From assembly GCA_963525985.1 (NCBI GenBank), contig CAURMD010000001.1, forward strand, positions 11,919 to 75,918: 64,000 nucleotides of DNA, given 5' to 3'. Position 1 is the stretch's first letter. Every line of letters starts with the position of its first letter. This stretch comes from an uncultured Streptococcus sp. (lineage in GTDB: Bacteria > Bacillota > Bacilli > Lactobacillales > Streptococcaceae). The notes under the pieces were generated by a model. That model saw nothing but the letters and a program-made list of their open reading frames with translations, was not told where the DNA came from and made no database searches. Shown one piece after another: positions 7,841-16,454 of the stretch. The position numbers were made by a program, and so were the translations under genes.

Positions 7841-9022
7841 ATGACTGAAGAATTGAAAGATGTAACAGATAGCCTAGAACTCGTTCCAGTGACAGATTTA
7901 GAAGTTGGCTTCGTCCTAAAGGCCGCCGAAATCGAAATCCAAGGAAAGGAAGTTTTGGAGCAAGCTTTAGAGTCTTATAAAAAGAAATACACTGGCTATA
8001 TCGTTACAGAAGAAACTTTATCAGATGACATTAAAGTCAAAGACGAGTTGGGACGAGTACAGCGTCAGATTGAACAAGAACTTAAAAACCAGCTTTCAGA
8101 ATACTCTAAACCTCTTGATGAAGCAAAGGCTTGGGTTGATAGCATATTAGACCCTATCAAAACTTTGCAGACAGACATTAAAAATCAAATCAGGGAGTTT
8201 GAGGAGAGAGAAACAGAAGCCCGAAAGGAAACGGTCAGAGAAGCTTTTGAATCTGCAATCGCAGAAAGCGGTACGGAACTTGACATCAAATTATTTGCTA
8301 TTTACTTTGATGATTTCAGCAAGAAGAAGTGTTTTATGGCCGACAATGTGCGAATCAATCAAGCTACTTCTAAGATGATTGTCGGATTGGTTGCAGAAGA
8401 AGCTACTAAGAAGCAACAACGTGAAGCTGGACTTATCCAGATTACAGAAGCGGCAGCTAAAGCTGGTTTCGGACCTACTGTCTACATTCGCAGTTATGAC
8501 CAGGGAGCGAAACTTGTTGATGTTTTGCAAGCAATTCTTGATGACAAGACATTAGCTGAACGAGCTAAAGCGGAAACCGAACTAAAAAAGCGTATTGATG
8601 AAATGACCGCTATCGCGGTGGCTAAAGGTTTGAACCCTGAAAAGTACGTTGATTTGCTAAGAGAAGGGCGCTCTGCTTTGGATACTATCGATATCCTACA
8701 TGCAGACGCAGATGAGCTTAGACGGACTAAAGCAGAAGCGAAACAAGATACTCAGGGTCGATTCTGCGCCCAAAATCAGCCTGAATTTGGGTCAGAAAGC
8801 AGTTCAGGGGGCAATCATACCCTAGAGCAAGAAACAGGCCGAAAATCGCAAAATATGGCTTCTGAGGATGGCGTTAAAAAATATGGTTACAAATTTACTG
8901 TAGATTTAATTTTTCCAGCAGAAAATGCAAAGGAAATAAAGGAGCAATTTAAAGAATGGCTCAATGCTCACGGCGTTCAATTTGAGCCACAAACAAAATC
9001 AGTAAAGGTGGAGATGAAATGA
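7841..9022 (+). CDS. DUF1351-like coiled-coil protein
   Basis: Coiled-coil composition; usual neighbour of recT in streptococcal phages. Confidence 0.65.
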   Translation: MTEELKDVTDSLELVPVTDLEVGFVLKAAEIEIQGKEVLEQALESYKKKYTGYIVTEETLSDDIKVKDELGRVQRQIEQELKNQLSEYSKPLDEAKAWVDSILDPIKTLQTDIKNQIREFEERETEARKETVREAFESAIAESGTELDIKLFAIYFDDFSKKKCFMADNVRINQATSKMIVGLVAEEATKKQQREAGLIQITEAAAKAGFGPTVYIRSYDQGAKLVDVLQAILDDKTLAERAKAETELKKRIDEMTAIAVAKGLNPEKYVDLLREGRSALDTIDILHADADELRRTKAEAKQDTQGRFCAQNQPEFGSESSSGGNHTLEQETGRKSQNMASEDGVKKYGYKFTVDLIFPAENAKEIKEQFKEWLNAHGVQFEPQTKSVKVEMK

Positions 9023-9831
9023 CGCTGGATTTACTTGGAGAAGATTACTACTCAGTAGCTTCCGCACGTCAATATTGGTCTATCTCGCAATACAAGCGAT
9101 TTAGGGAGTGCGAAGCACGGGCATTGGCAGAGCTAGAGGGAGAGTGGGAAGACCAACGAGATAACACAGCTCTTTTGGTTGGTAACATGGTTCACAGCTA
9201 TTTTGAAAGTCCAGAAGCACACAAGAAGTTTATGGATGAAAATGCGGATGCCATGATTTCAAAAGCTGGTAAAACCAAAGGTCAGTTAAAAGCTGACTTT
9301 CTGGTTGGCCAGCGCATGATTGAGCGATTGGAAGCTGACAAGCAATTTATGGAGTACTATGTCGGTCAGAAAGAGGTTGCTGTCACAGGCGAAATCGAAG
9401 GAGTGGAATTTAAAGGCAAGATTGACTGCCTCAATGTTGAAAAGGGCTACTTCGTGGATATCAAGACCACAAAATCAGATATTGACAGCATGGTTTGGGT
9501 TCAGGATGAAGCAAGCGGACGAAATATTCAGGTTCGCTGGTTTGAAGCTTGGGGATATGTCCTTCAGATGGCAGCGTATAAGAAAATGCTGAAAGAGCAG
9601 TATGGCAAGGAGTTTACCCCTGTTATATACGCAGTGACAAAAGAGCCGACCCCTGATACCAGAGCGATTGTTTTTCAATCTCAGGAAAAACTTGATTACG
9701 AGCTATCTGAGTTATCTATGCTTATTAAGCATCTTGACGATGTTAAAAAGGGTAAAGAAAAGGCAACGCCATGCGGTCATTGTGAATACTGCAAAACGAA
9801 AGCGTTGAGTCAGCGTGTGGAGGTGGTCTGA
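9019..9831 (+). CDS. PD-(D/E)XK exonuclease (DUF3799/RecE-like)
   Basis: KGKID...VDIKT, Y.LQMAAY, C-terminal CGHCEYC. Confidence 0.85.
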   Translation: MTLDLLGEDYYSVASARQYWSISQYKRFRECEARALAELEGEWEDQRDNTALLVGNMVHSYFESPEAHKKFMDENADAMISKAGKTKGQLKADFLVGQRMIERLEADKQFMEYYVGQKEVAVTGEIEGVEFKGKIDCLNVEKGYFVDIKTTKSDIDSMVWVQDEASGRNIQVRWFEAWGYVLQMAAYKKMLKEQYGKEFTPVIYAVTKEPTPDTRAIVFQSQEKLDYELSELSMLIKHLDDVKKGKEKATPCGHCEYCKTKALSQRVEVV

Positions 9832-10100
9832 TGAGTAAACAAGTAAAAGACATACTAGAAACTCACGACACAGGTTGTCCTCATGGCATCACATTTGCAA
9901 TACATCAAGATAAAGATGAGTGTATTGCTTTGTTTGGTCGTTCTGGTTGGCCCGGACTAAAACCTCGATTTATTCGTTGGAATGAAAGTGTCAAAAATCA
10001 AACAGCATACAAAACTGAGGAATCCTTACTTAATGCCTATGTTTGTGATGTTAAAAAAACATCGGAAGATTTTATTGTCATTCAATTATTGCCCTTTTAA
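9831..10100 (+). CDS. Phage hypothetical protein
   Basis: Coupled ORF with SD. Confidence 0.7.
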   Translation: MSKQVKDILETHDTGCPHGITFAIHQDKDECIALFGRSGWPGLKPRFIRWNESVKNQTAYKTEESLLNAYVCDVKKTSEDFIVIQLLPF

Positions 10101-10282
10101 GAGGGGGAAATAATCAAAAACCAACTATTTCCATTTTGGAAACAACTCAAAAACTAACAAGCCGTGCATTCTTGTAAAACTGCGAACTAGAAAACGTCAG
10201 TAAAGGTCATGTGATCTTGGACGAGCGACTGCCCGTATTTAGCCAATTCTCACAAAGGCAGTCGCATTTTTTAGATAAACAG

Positions 10283-11518
10283 ATGAAATTTTTGGATTTA
10301 TTCGCTGGCATCGGCGGTTTTCGTCTTGGTATGGAGTCCGCTGGGCATGAATGCGTTGGATTTTGTGAAATAGACAAATACGCTAGAGCCAGTTATAAAG
10401 CGATACATAACACAGAAGGAGAAATTGAATTACATGACATTACAAGAGTCACAGATGAGTCTATTCGAAGATTCGGAAGTGTGGACGTTATCTGTGGGGG
10501 CTTTCCGTGCCAGGCTTTCAGCATTGCGGGACACAGACGAGGTTTTGAAGATACACGAGGAACTTTGTTCTTTGAAATCTGTAGGTTCGCATCTATTCTC
10601 AGACCTAAATATCTATTCCTTGAGAACGTCAGAGGACTCCTCAACCATGACGGAGGGGCTACATTTGAAACCATCATCCGAACCTTGGACGAATTGGGGT
10701 ATGATGTGGAATGGCAAGTGCTTAATAGCAAGAATTTTGGAGTCCCCCAAAATCGGGAACGTGTGTTCATTATCGGACATCTTAGAGGAGAACGTACCAG
10801 AAACGTTTTTCCTATCAGCGGAGAAAGTGAACAATCTGATCATCAACCACCAAAAATAGAAATTATAGGCAATACTAGAAATCCGAATGGCACAAGTAAA
10901 GGAACTAAAAGCGTGGTCTATGGTTCAGGTGGTGTAGTGGGAACTTTAACCGCAACAGATTACAAAGAGCCTAAGCAGGTCGCTATAAAACAGTTCGGAA
11001 TCCTGCAACCCAATTTTAATCAATGTGGAGTGGTTTACGAAACAGACGGCATCGCACCAACAATCCGAGCCTATCAAGGTGGAGGTCTTGAACCTAAAAT
11101 CATTCAGCGTGGTCATGGGTATAATAAAGGCGGAGAATATGACATCGCTCCTACTTTAACTAGCAATGGCTATCACGAAAACAACATCCTAAGAATCAAG
11201 GAAGCGACTACTCAAGGATATTCAGAGGCAGAGGTTGGGTATAGTGTGAACTTATCACACCCAAACTCTAAAACAAGACGAGGACGAGTTGGGAAGCAAG
11301 TAGCCAATACCCTCTTAACTGGAGAAAGTCAAGGAGTAATTGAGCCTGATTTTAGAATTAGAAAGCTAACACCTCGTGAGTGTTGGAGATTGCAAGGATT
11401 TCCAGACTGGGCTTTTGACAAAGCGCAAGAGGTCAACTCGAACAGTCAATTATACAAGCAAGCAGGAAACAGTGTGACAGTCAATGTCATTGCTGCTATC
11501 GCAAAAGAATTGAAATAA
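10283..11518 (+). CDS. DNA (cytosine-5) methyltransferase
   Basis: Motifs I FAGIGG, IV GFPCQ, VI ENV, VIII Q.RER, IX R.LTPRE..RLQGF, X YKQAGNSV; ATG 10283 preferred over GTG 10211. Confidence 0.95.
   Translation: MKFLDLFAGIGGFRLGMESAGHECVGFCEIDKYARASYKAIHNTEGEIELHDITRVTDESIRRFGSVDVICGGFPCQAFSIAGHRRGFEDTRGTLFFEICRFASILRPKYLFLENVRGLLNHDGGATFETIIRTLDELGYDVEWQVLNSKNFGVPQNRERVFIIGHLRGERTRNVFPISGESEQSDHQPPKIEIIGNTRNPNGTSKGTKSVVYGSGGVVGTLTATDYKEPKQVAIKQFGILQPNFNQCGVVYETDGIAPTIRAYQGGGLEPKIIQRGHGYNKGGEYDIAPTLTSNGYHENNILRIKEATTQGYSEAEVGYSVNLSHPNSKTRRGRVGKQVANTLLTGESQGVIEPDFRIRKLTPRECWRLQGFPDWAFDKAQEVNSNSQLYKQAGNSVTVNVIAAIAKELK
10425..10859 (+). CDS. Candidate overprinted gene in +1 frame of the methylase
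   Basis: 144 open codons, AAGGAG upstream, QMSLF and SLSDILEENVP..FFLS motifs. Confidence 0.5.
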   Translation: MNYMTLQESQMSLFEDSEVWTLSVGAFRARLSALRDTDEVLKIHEELCSLKSVGSHLFSDLNIYSLRTSEDSSTMTEGLHLKPSSEPWTNWGMMWNGKCLIARILESPKIGNVCSLSDILEENVPETFFLSAEKVNNLIINHQK

Positions 11519-11531
11519 AAGGAAGTAAAAA

Positions 11532-11864
11532 ATGCTAAATAAAATCGACATACCAGGAACAGATATCACACTTGAAATCGTGGACAAGACCATCACGATC
11601 ACCAATAAAATTGAATATGATATGCAGATGCATTTTAGAAATACAGATGCAGATGCTTCTCTTGATACAAGTGGCGACGTGTTTGAGCCTCTCTACTGGT
11701 TAGATATTAAGGCGACACCGAAAATACCGACAGAGTATCATACGAGCCTTGGAATCAAGAGAGAAAAGCGTCACTTGGCCGAACTTCAGAAGTTCTTTGA
11801 GTTTATTGAGAGTAATAAACGAAACCTATTTGATCTCTGTGGATTCAAGGGAGAACTGCAATGA
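11532..11864 (+). CDS. Phage hypothetical protein
   Basis: ORF with SD, in operon. Confidence 0.75.
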   Translation: MLNKIDIPGTDITLEIVDKTITITNKIEYDMQMHFRNTDADASLDTSGDVFEPLYWLDIKATPKIPTEYHTSLGIKREKRHLAELQKFFEFIESNKRNLFDLCGFKGELQ

Positions 11865-12376
11865 AATCTCTGACATTATCGTTAGACATTTCAACTACTG
11901 CGACAGGCTGGGCCGTATTTCACGGCTCTGATCTTGTTCAGAGTGGTGTCTTAAAACATAAAAGCAAATCGTTCTTTGAACGTGGGCGGTTCATGGCTAG
12001 TGAATTGCGAGCTATTCAATCGAGAGCGCTTCAGAAGTACGACTGCCATTTTGAATCGATTGTGGTCGAGAAGAACTCAGTCATGGGGCCAAATCAGCAG
12101 TCCATGATCAGTATTGGAATTGTGACAGGTATCATTCTTGGCCGACTGATTGCTGACAATGTGTACTTCGTGAACGTGTCGACCTGGCGCAAGTACTGGA
12201 AGTTTAGTTACAAGGACCGAAGTAAAAAATCAATGAAGCTGCAGGCTGTTGCTAAGGTGTCCGATGAATTCGACCTGAACGTCAAAGACGACGAGGCTGA
12301 CGCTATCCTGATTGGTTCATGTTTTGTAAACCATGGCCAAGAATTTGGAAATCTAGAAAGCCACAAGGTGAGTTGA
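11861..12376 (+). CDS. RuvC-like Holliday junction resolvase (phage type)
   Basis: LSLDISTTATGWA, VVE, DDEADAILIG. Confidence 0.8.
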   Translation: MKSLTLSLDISTTATGWAVFHGSDLVQSGVLKHKSKSFFERGRFMASELRAIQSRALQKYDCHFESIVVEKNSVMGPNQQSMISIGIVTGIILGRLIADNVYFVNVSTWRKYWKFSYKDRSKKSMKLQAVAKVSDEFDLNVKDDEADAILIGSCFVNHGQEFGNLESHKVS

Positions 12377-12387
12377 GGAGTTAGAAG

Positions 12388-12888
12388 ATGAAACTTAAGG
12401 AATTGATTAAAGAATTTGAAGAAATCGGGATTCATGGTTTGAATATGTTTGGAACTGTAGTCAAAGGCATTCCGACCGAAACTGCAATTGATCTAATCAA
12501 ACAACTAGACGAACCAGAAAAAGTCAAAGTTCCGCAGTGTGTGGCAGATGTGATTGAAGGAGCAAGAGAACAAAGCCCAGAACTAGAAGATGCGCTTCAT
12601 TATACTTGGGGCAACGGAACTAAGGAATTCACAGAATGGTACAACAAGAAATCTAACAGAGACCTCTTCGCTCGAGCTTGGCTAGACGGCTACGAGGTCG
12701 AGAAAGAAAAAAGGTATACAGTAGTGGCGAAAGCAACAAAACAACCGCTATATTATAATGCTATGGATAAGAAACTATTCTTCTCTATGGGCGGACTAGC
12801 TACAAAATTTACTCGCAAAGAACTCGAAGAAGCTGGATTCGGTTGGGTTTTCAATTGTGAAGGTATTGAGATTGTGGAGGTGGAATAA
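12388..12888 (+). CDS. DUF1642-like protein
   Basis: KVKVPQ.VAD, FARAWLDGYEVEKEKRY. Confidence 0.8.
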   Translation: MKLKELIKEFEEIGIHGLNMFGTVVKGIPTETAIDLIKQLDEPEKVKVPQCVADVIEGAREQSPELEDALHYTWGNGTKEFTEWYNKKSNRDLFARAWLDGYEVEKEKRYTVVAKATKQPLYYNAMDKKLFFSMGGLATKFTRKELEEAGFGWVFNCEGIEIVEVE

Positions 12889-13098
12889 ATGGCAAAATTT
12901 ATTCAAATCCAATCTTGTTACAGAGGGATTGTCGAAAACGAACTTATCAATATAGAAGATATTAGTCGCATCTGTCTAGGCCCTAACATCTTATTTCTAC
13001 GAACACCTTACAGTGCCGGAGAGCGTCATATTTCTATCACTAAAGATTCAGTAGATAAATTATTGAAGGAGTTGGATATTGTTGGGGAGGTGGAGTGA
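12889..13098 (+). CDS. Phage hypothetical protein
   Basis: ORF with SD. Confidence 0.7.
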   Translation: MAKFIQIQSCYRGIVENELINIEDISRICLGPNILFLRTPYSAGERHISITKDSVDKLLKELDIVGEVE

Positions 13099-13262
13099 TG
13101 GATGAGCAAAACATTTTAGAGACACAATTGATTTTAGGTAAGCAAGTTTTAGAGATTGTCTTGGATTTGCTAAAAAACGACTCGAAAACAGGGGCAGTTT
13201 TGCCTTTAAACATAAATGACCGTGAATTTACGATTACAGTAGAAAAGGAGGTCGTAGAATGA
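13098..13262 (+). CDS. Small phage protein (54 aa)
   Basis: Read by hand; SD GGAGG, TGATG overlap. Confidence 0.65.
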   Translation: MDEQNILETQLILGKQVLEIVLDLLKNDSKTGAVLPLNINDREFTITVEKEVVE

Positions 13263-13411
13263 AACGACCTGAACGATACCCATCTGGATATTTCATTCCT
13301 GAACTGATTGAAGATGAAAATATTATCTTTAACAAAGATAGCGATTATCAGAAGCAGAAGAAAAAAGAAAAGAAGAATCCGGTCTTTAAACGAAAGAATT
13401 CAAAAAAGTAA
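13259..13411 (+). CDS. Small basic phage protein (50 aa)
   Basis: Read by hand; SD AAGGAGG. Confidence 0.65.
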   Translation: MKRPERYPSGYFIPELIEDENIIFNKDSDYQKQKKKEKKNPVFKRKNSKK

Positions 13412-13420
13412 GGAGGTGGA

Positions 13421-13618
13421 GTGATGAAGAAAATAACGTTTATCATAGGGTTAGGAGGCGAGCGAATAGAATTCAAAACAGATAGAGATGATTTTATCAA
13501 TGAATTAAAATTTCGTTATGAAAACAAGCAACTTCTTGAAATCAATCTTGGTCCTGAGATTGTATTGCTCAATCCCAGCAAAATCTTATTTGTTAAAATC
13601 AAGGAGGTCACATATTGA
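13421..13618 (+). CDS. Phage hypothetical protein
   Basis: ORF with SD. Confidence 0.7.
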   Translation: MMKKITFIIGLGGERIEFKTDRDDFINELKFRYENKQLLEINLGPEIVLLNPSKILFVKIKEVTY

Positions 13619-13875
13619 AACGATTCATAGCTATCTGGATTTTATTGTCTGCTGGATTGAACATCTGGCAGATGGACAGGATTCGAGATTTGGAAGAGAA
13701 GAAACCGATGGTTATCTATAAGGCTGATAACGCAGGCGCAGAGATATTTGGCAAGGTTGTCGAGAAAGGACGACATGGGAAGCTATACACGATTACGATT
13801 CGTGATTACGGGGTGTTCGTGGTTACGAAGGACGTGTACGAGAAAGTGAAAGTTGGAGATGAGGTGATGTTATGA
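13615..13875 (+). CDS. DUF1372-like protein
   Basis: Signal helix; IYKADNAG.EI.GKV.EK..YG.F.VTK..Y. Confidence 0.8.
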   Translation: MKRFIAIWILLSAGLNIWQMDRIRDLEEKKPMVIYKADNAGAEIFGKVVEKGRHGKLYTITIRDYGVFVVTKDVYEKVKVGDEVML

Positions 13876-14273
13876 TACCGAAATTTAGAGCGTGGGATAG
13901 CGCAAAAAAAGAAATGTTCAAAGATACTTTCGCAATAACAGAAAGTGGGCAAGTTGTAGTGGTTGAACAGGAGGATGTCGTATGCCCTCCAGATTATGTT
14001 TTTGTTGATTATCTAGTCATCATGCAATCAACAGGACTCAGAGATAAGAACGGCAAGGAAATCTTTGAGGGGGATATTTTGGCATGCAAAACTGATGATG
14101 AAGTGATAAATTTGAATGTATTTTGGGATGAAGAGCATGCTTTGTTTATGTTCGAGTCGAAAAAATATAACGAACAGGAACCTTTAGCTGAATTAGTTGA
14201 AAATAACACCTATCCGTTTGAAATCATCGGCAACATCTACGAAAACAGAGAACTTTTGGAGGATAAGGAATGA
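13872..14273 (+). CDS. YopX-family protein
   Basis: KFRAWD, MQSTGL.DKNGKEIFEGDI, EIIGNIYEN. Confidence 0.9.
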   Translation: MIPKFRAWDSAKKEMFKDTFAITESGQVVVVEQEDVVCPPDYVFVDYLVIMQSTGLRDKNGKEIFEGDILACKTDDEVINLNVFWDEEHALFMFESKKYNEQEPLAELVENNTYPFEIIGNIYENRELLEDKE

Positions 14274-14650
14274 GACCGAAAAGATACCCTTTCAGTGGAG
14301 CTAAAAAAGAGAGTGAAGCTAAGAAGATATCGTTAATGCTAAAAAAAGTCGATGAATCAGACTTGAAAGGAAGTGTTTGGGCGGAGCCTCTACCTCTCTA
14401 TAGAAAAACAAGAGTCCATGTAGAGATAGAGGGCTATGGAAAGAAAATCATAACCGAATTTAAAACAGATGATATGAATTTTTCCATAAAAGCTTCATTC
14501 TTTAAGAGGGCATTATTTAAAAGAGCTGAAATGATGTCTCAGTTTGATTTTAGAGAAACAACAACTGAAGAATGGAACCGAATAATCTTAGAACTTTTGG
14601 AGCGTGTAAATGAAATGAATCAAAACTTTAAGATGGTACAGGTACAATAA
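14270..14650 (+). CDS. Phage hypothetical protein
   Basis: Coupled ORF. Confidence 0.7.
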   Translation: MRPKRYPFSGAKKESEAKKISLMLKKVDESDLKGSVWAEPLPLYRKTRVHVEIEGYGKKIITEFKTDDMNFSIKASFFKRALFKRAEMMSQFDFRETTTEEWNRIILELLERVNEMNQNFKMVQVQ

Positions 14651-14695
14651 CACTAGTTTTTGATGGGAAAATAATTTAAAAAAGGAGTAAAAACA

Positions 14696-15556
14696 ATGTT
14701 TACACAATACAATCATGAAACAGGAAAAACGAAACTTACAAAACTTGCTAAGGGCGGTATCATTACAGTTGCAGCTGTTGCTTCACTTGGGATTTTTCGT
14801 CTCACGGCTGTGAAGCGTATCCCAGCTAATACAGTTGGGGTTAAGGTTAGCGTAATTGGTGGTGTTCAAGAAAATACCCTGCAAACAGGATATCATCTAA
14901 AAATGCCATTTATTGACAAAGTCTACACTTTATCTACGTCTGTTCAAACAAAAACAATGGAGAAAATCACGACTCAGACAAAAGACGGTCAATGGTTAAA
15001 TACTAATATCGATGTGAAATATCGTGTCAATAAAGAAAAGGCTATGACAGTCTTCTCTAATTACACAGACTTAGAAAACGTGAATAATAGCGTAGTATCT
15101 CCTGCTGTTCAGCGTGCTATTGAATCTGTAACAGGTAATTACGATATTTACGATATCCTCGGTAACAAGCGTACTGAAGTTTATGAAATGATTGACAAGG
15201 CTCTCAAGGAAAAATTTGAGTCTTATGATCTAGAGTTTGTATCTTTCACGATCACAGACCAAGATGCAGGAGATGAGATTGAGGCGGCAATCAAAAATGA
15301 ATCTGTAAAACAAAAAGAAATTGACACTGCTAAGCAGGAACAAGAAAAAGCTAAAGTTGAAGCCGATACCAAGAAAGTTCAAGCTCAAGCAGAAGCAGAC
15401 GCAGGTATCATCAAAGCAGAAGGTGAGGCCAAGGCAAACAAAGCTAAGTCAGATTCAATCACAGATAATCTTATCCGGATGAAAGAAGCAGAAGCCAGAG
15501 AGAAACATGGCTGGGTCACTGTCAACGCAGGTAGTGTGATCGCGAATAAAGAATAA
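14696..15556 (+). CDS. SPFH/prohibitin (band 7) membrane protein
   Basis: TM helix, G.H.K.PFI.KV, TKDGQ, C-terminal AEA-rich coiled coil. Confidence 0.88.
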   Translation: MFTQYNHETGKTKLTKLAKGGIITVAAVASLGIFRLTAVKRIPANTVGVKVSVIGGVQENTLQTGYHLKMPFIDKVYTLSTSVQTKTMEKITTQTKDGQWLNTNIDVKYRVNKEKAMTVFSNYTDLENVNNSVVSPAVQRAIESVTGNYDIYDILGNKRTEVYEMIDKALKEKFESYDLEFVSFTITDQDAGDEIEAAIKNESVKQKEIDTAKQEQEKAKVEADTKKVQAQAEADAGIIKAEGEAKANKAKSDSITDNLIRMKEAEAREKHGWVTVNAGSVIANKE

Positions 15557-15633
15557 AATAAAAAAGCCAAGACACCCTCTGTCTCAGCTAATAGTTCTCG
15601 CAAAGACTATTATATCACAAAAGGAGATAGAGA

Positions 15634-16053
15634 GTGAACAAGGCTAAAGAGCTATTGAAAGAATTACAAGACCTTGACATGGACATCCAAAGCCGTATAG
15701 ATGAAATCAATGAGCTTGAGGCAGGTTTGCTCTCAAGTCCTAAATGGTCAGGTGTCAAAGTCCAAGGTGGACAGACTAGAAAAGTTGATGATGTCTATAC
15801 TCAGCTTGTCGTGATGAAAGAGGCTATAGAGCAGGATACTAAAGAGGTCATTAACAGAAAACTTGAATTAGGTAGAATGATTAACAAGCTTAAAAATCCA
15901 AAAAGCAGGTCTGTCCTTAGAATGACTTACATTACTAAGACTTACATTGAGGATATTTGCGACAATTTGAGAATTAGTAAGGCAACTTATTACAGATTAC
16001 GCAAACAGGCTGAATCCGAACTAGAGGAGACAATCATAGACAAAGTGAGCTAA
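15634..16053 (+). CDS. RinA/ArpU-like late transcription activator (DUF1492)
   Basis: C-terminal sigma4-like HTH (ISKATYYRLRKQA); last gene before packaging. Confidence 0.85.
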   Translation: MNKAKELLKELQDLDMDIQSRIDEINELEAGLLSSPKWSGVKVQGGQTRKVDDVYTQLVVMKEAIEQDTKEVINRKLELGRMINKLKNPKSRSVLRMTYITKTYIEDICDNLRISKATYYRLRKQAESELEETIIDKVS

Positions 16054-16088
16054 AGTGAATGCGCATGAAGTCTAAAATCTGTTAGAAT
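16042..16088 (+). promoter_or_regulatory. Putative late promoter
   Basis: AAAGTGA direct repeats (16042, 16052) in place of a -35; TG-T-TAGAAT at 16080-16088. Confidence 0.55.
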
Positions 16089-16108
16089 GGTAGTGTCAAG
16101 AATTGAAA

Positions 16109-16191
16109 AGAGAGGTCTCAGAATTTGGTAGATGGTTACCTGAAATCAGGGTGTCGTAAAGGCATTGAGGGTTCGAATCCCTCCCTCTATT
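16109..16191 (+). ncRNA. Degenerate tRNA-like element
   Basis: Acceptor AGAGAGG/CCTCTAT (1 mismatch), T-arm GAGGG-TTCGAAT-CCCTC, long variable arm; anticodon arm non-canonical. Confidence 0.55.
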
Positions 16192-16250
16192 TCGTTCATT
16201 GACGTCTCCTTTATCTTTATTATATTTTTTCGAGGCTTCGGTCTCGTTTT

Positions 16251-16312
16251 GGCGGTGACAGGTAAGTGGTTTCTCTCCTATGTTTCCTTCGGTTCGATTC
16301 CGGGCATCGCCG
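16251..16312 (+). ncRNA. Short tRNA-like element (acceptor + T arm)
   Basis: GGCGGTG/CATCGCC stem; TTCGG-TTCGATT-CCGGG T-arm. Confidence 0.55.
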
Positions 16313-16396
16313 TTAAAGACTACAAAAAAATAAAAAAAGGAAAACTTTCAAATTGATTACTAATTAACACGCAAGTTTGTAGTCTACTTGCAAGAA

Positions 16397-16421
16397 GGTC
16401 ACACATCGTGTGGCTTTTTTT
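16397..16421 (+). terminator. Intrinsic terminator upstream of terS
   Basis: GGTCACAC-ATC-GTGTGGCT plus T-run. Confidence 0.65.
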
Positions 16422-16454
16422 GATTTACAAAATAAACAAATCAGGGAGGAGGGC

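Noticed and set aside
10211..10282. GTG-start N-terminal extension of the methylase
   Set aside because: Runs through a terminator-like hairpin; motif I normally lies at the extreme N-terminus
16109..16191. Functional tRNA gene
   Set aside because: Anticodon arm cannot form a 5-bp stem with 7-nt loop, acceptor mismatch, no CCA; kept only as tRNA-like
16165..16356. 63-aa ORF in the late leader
   Set aside because: No SD; overlaps structured RNA elements
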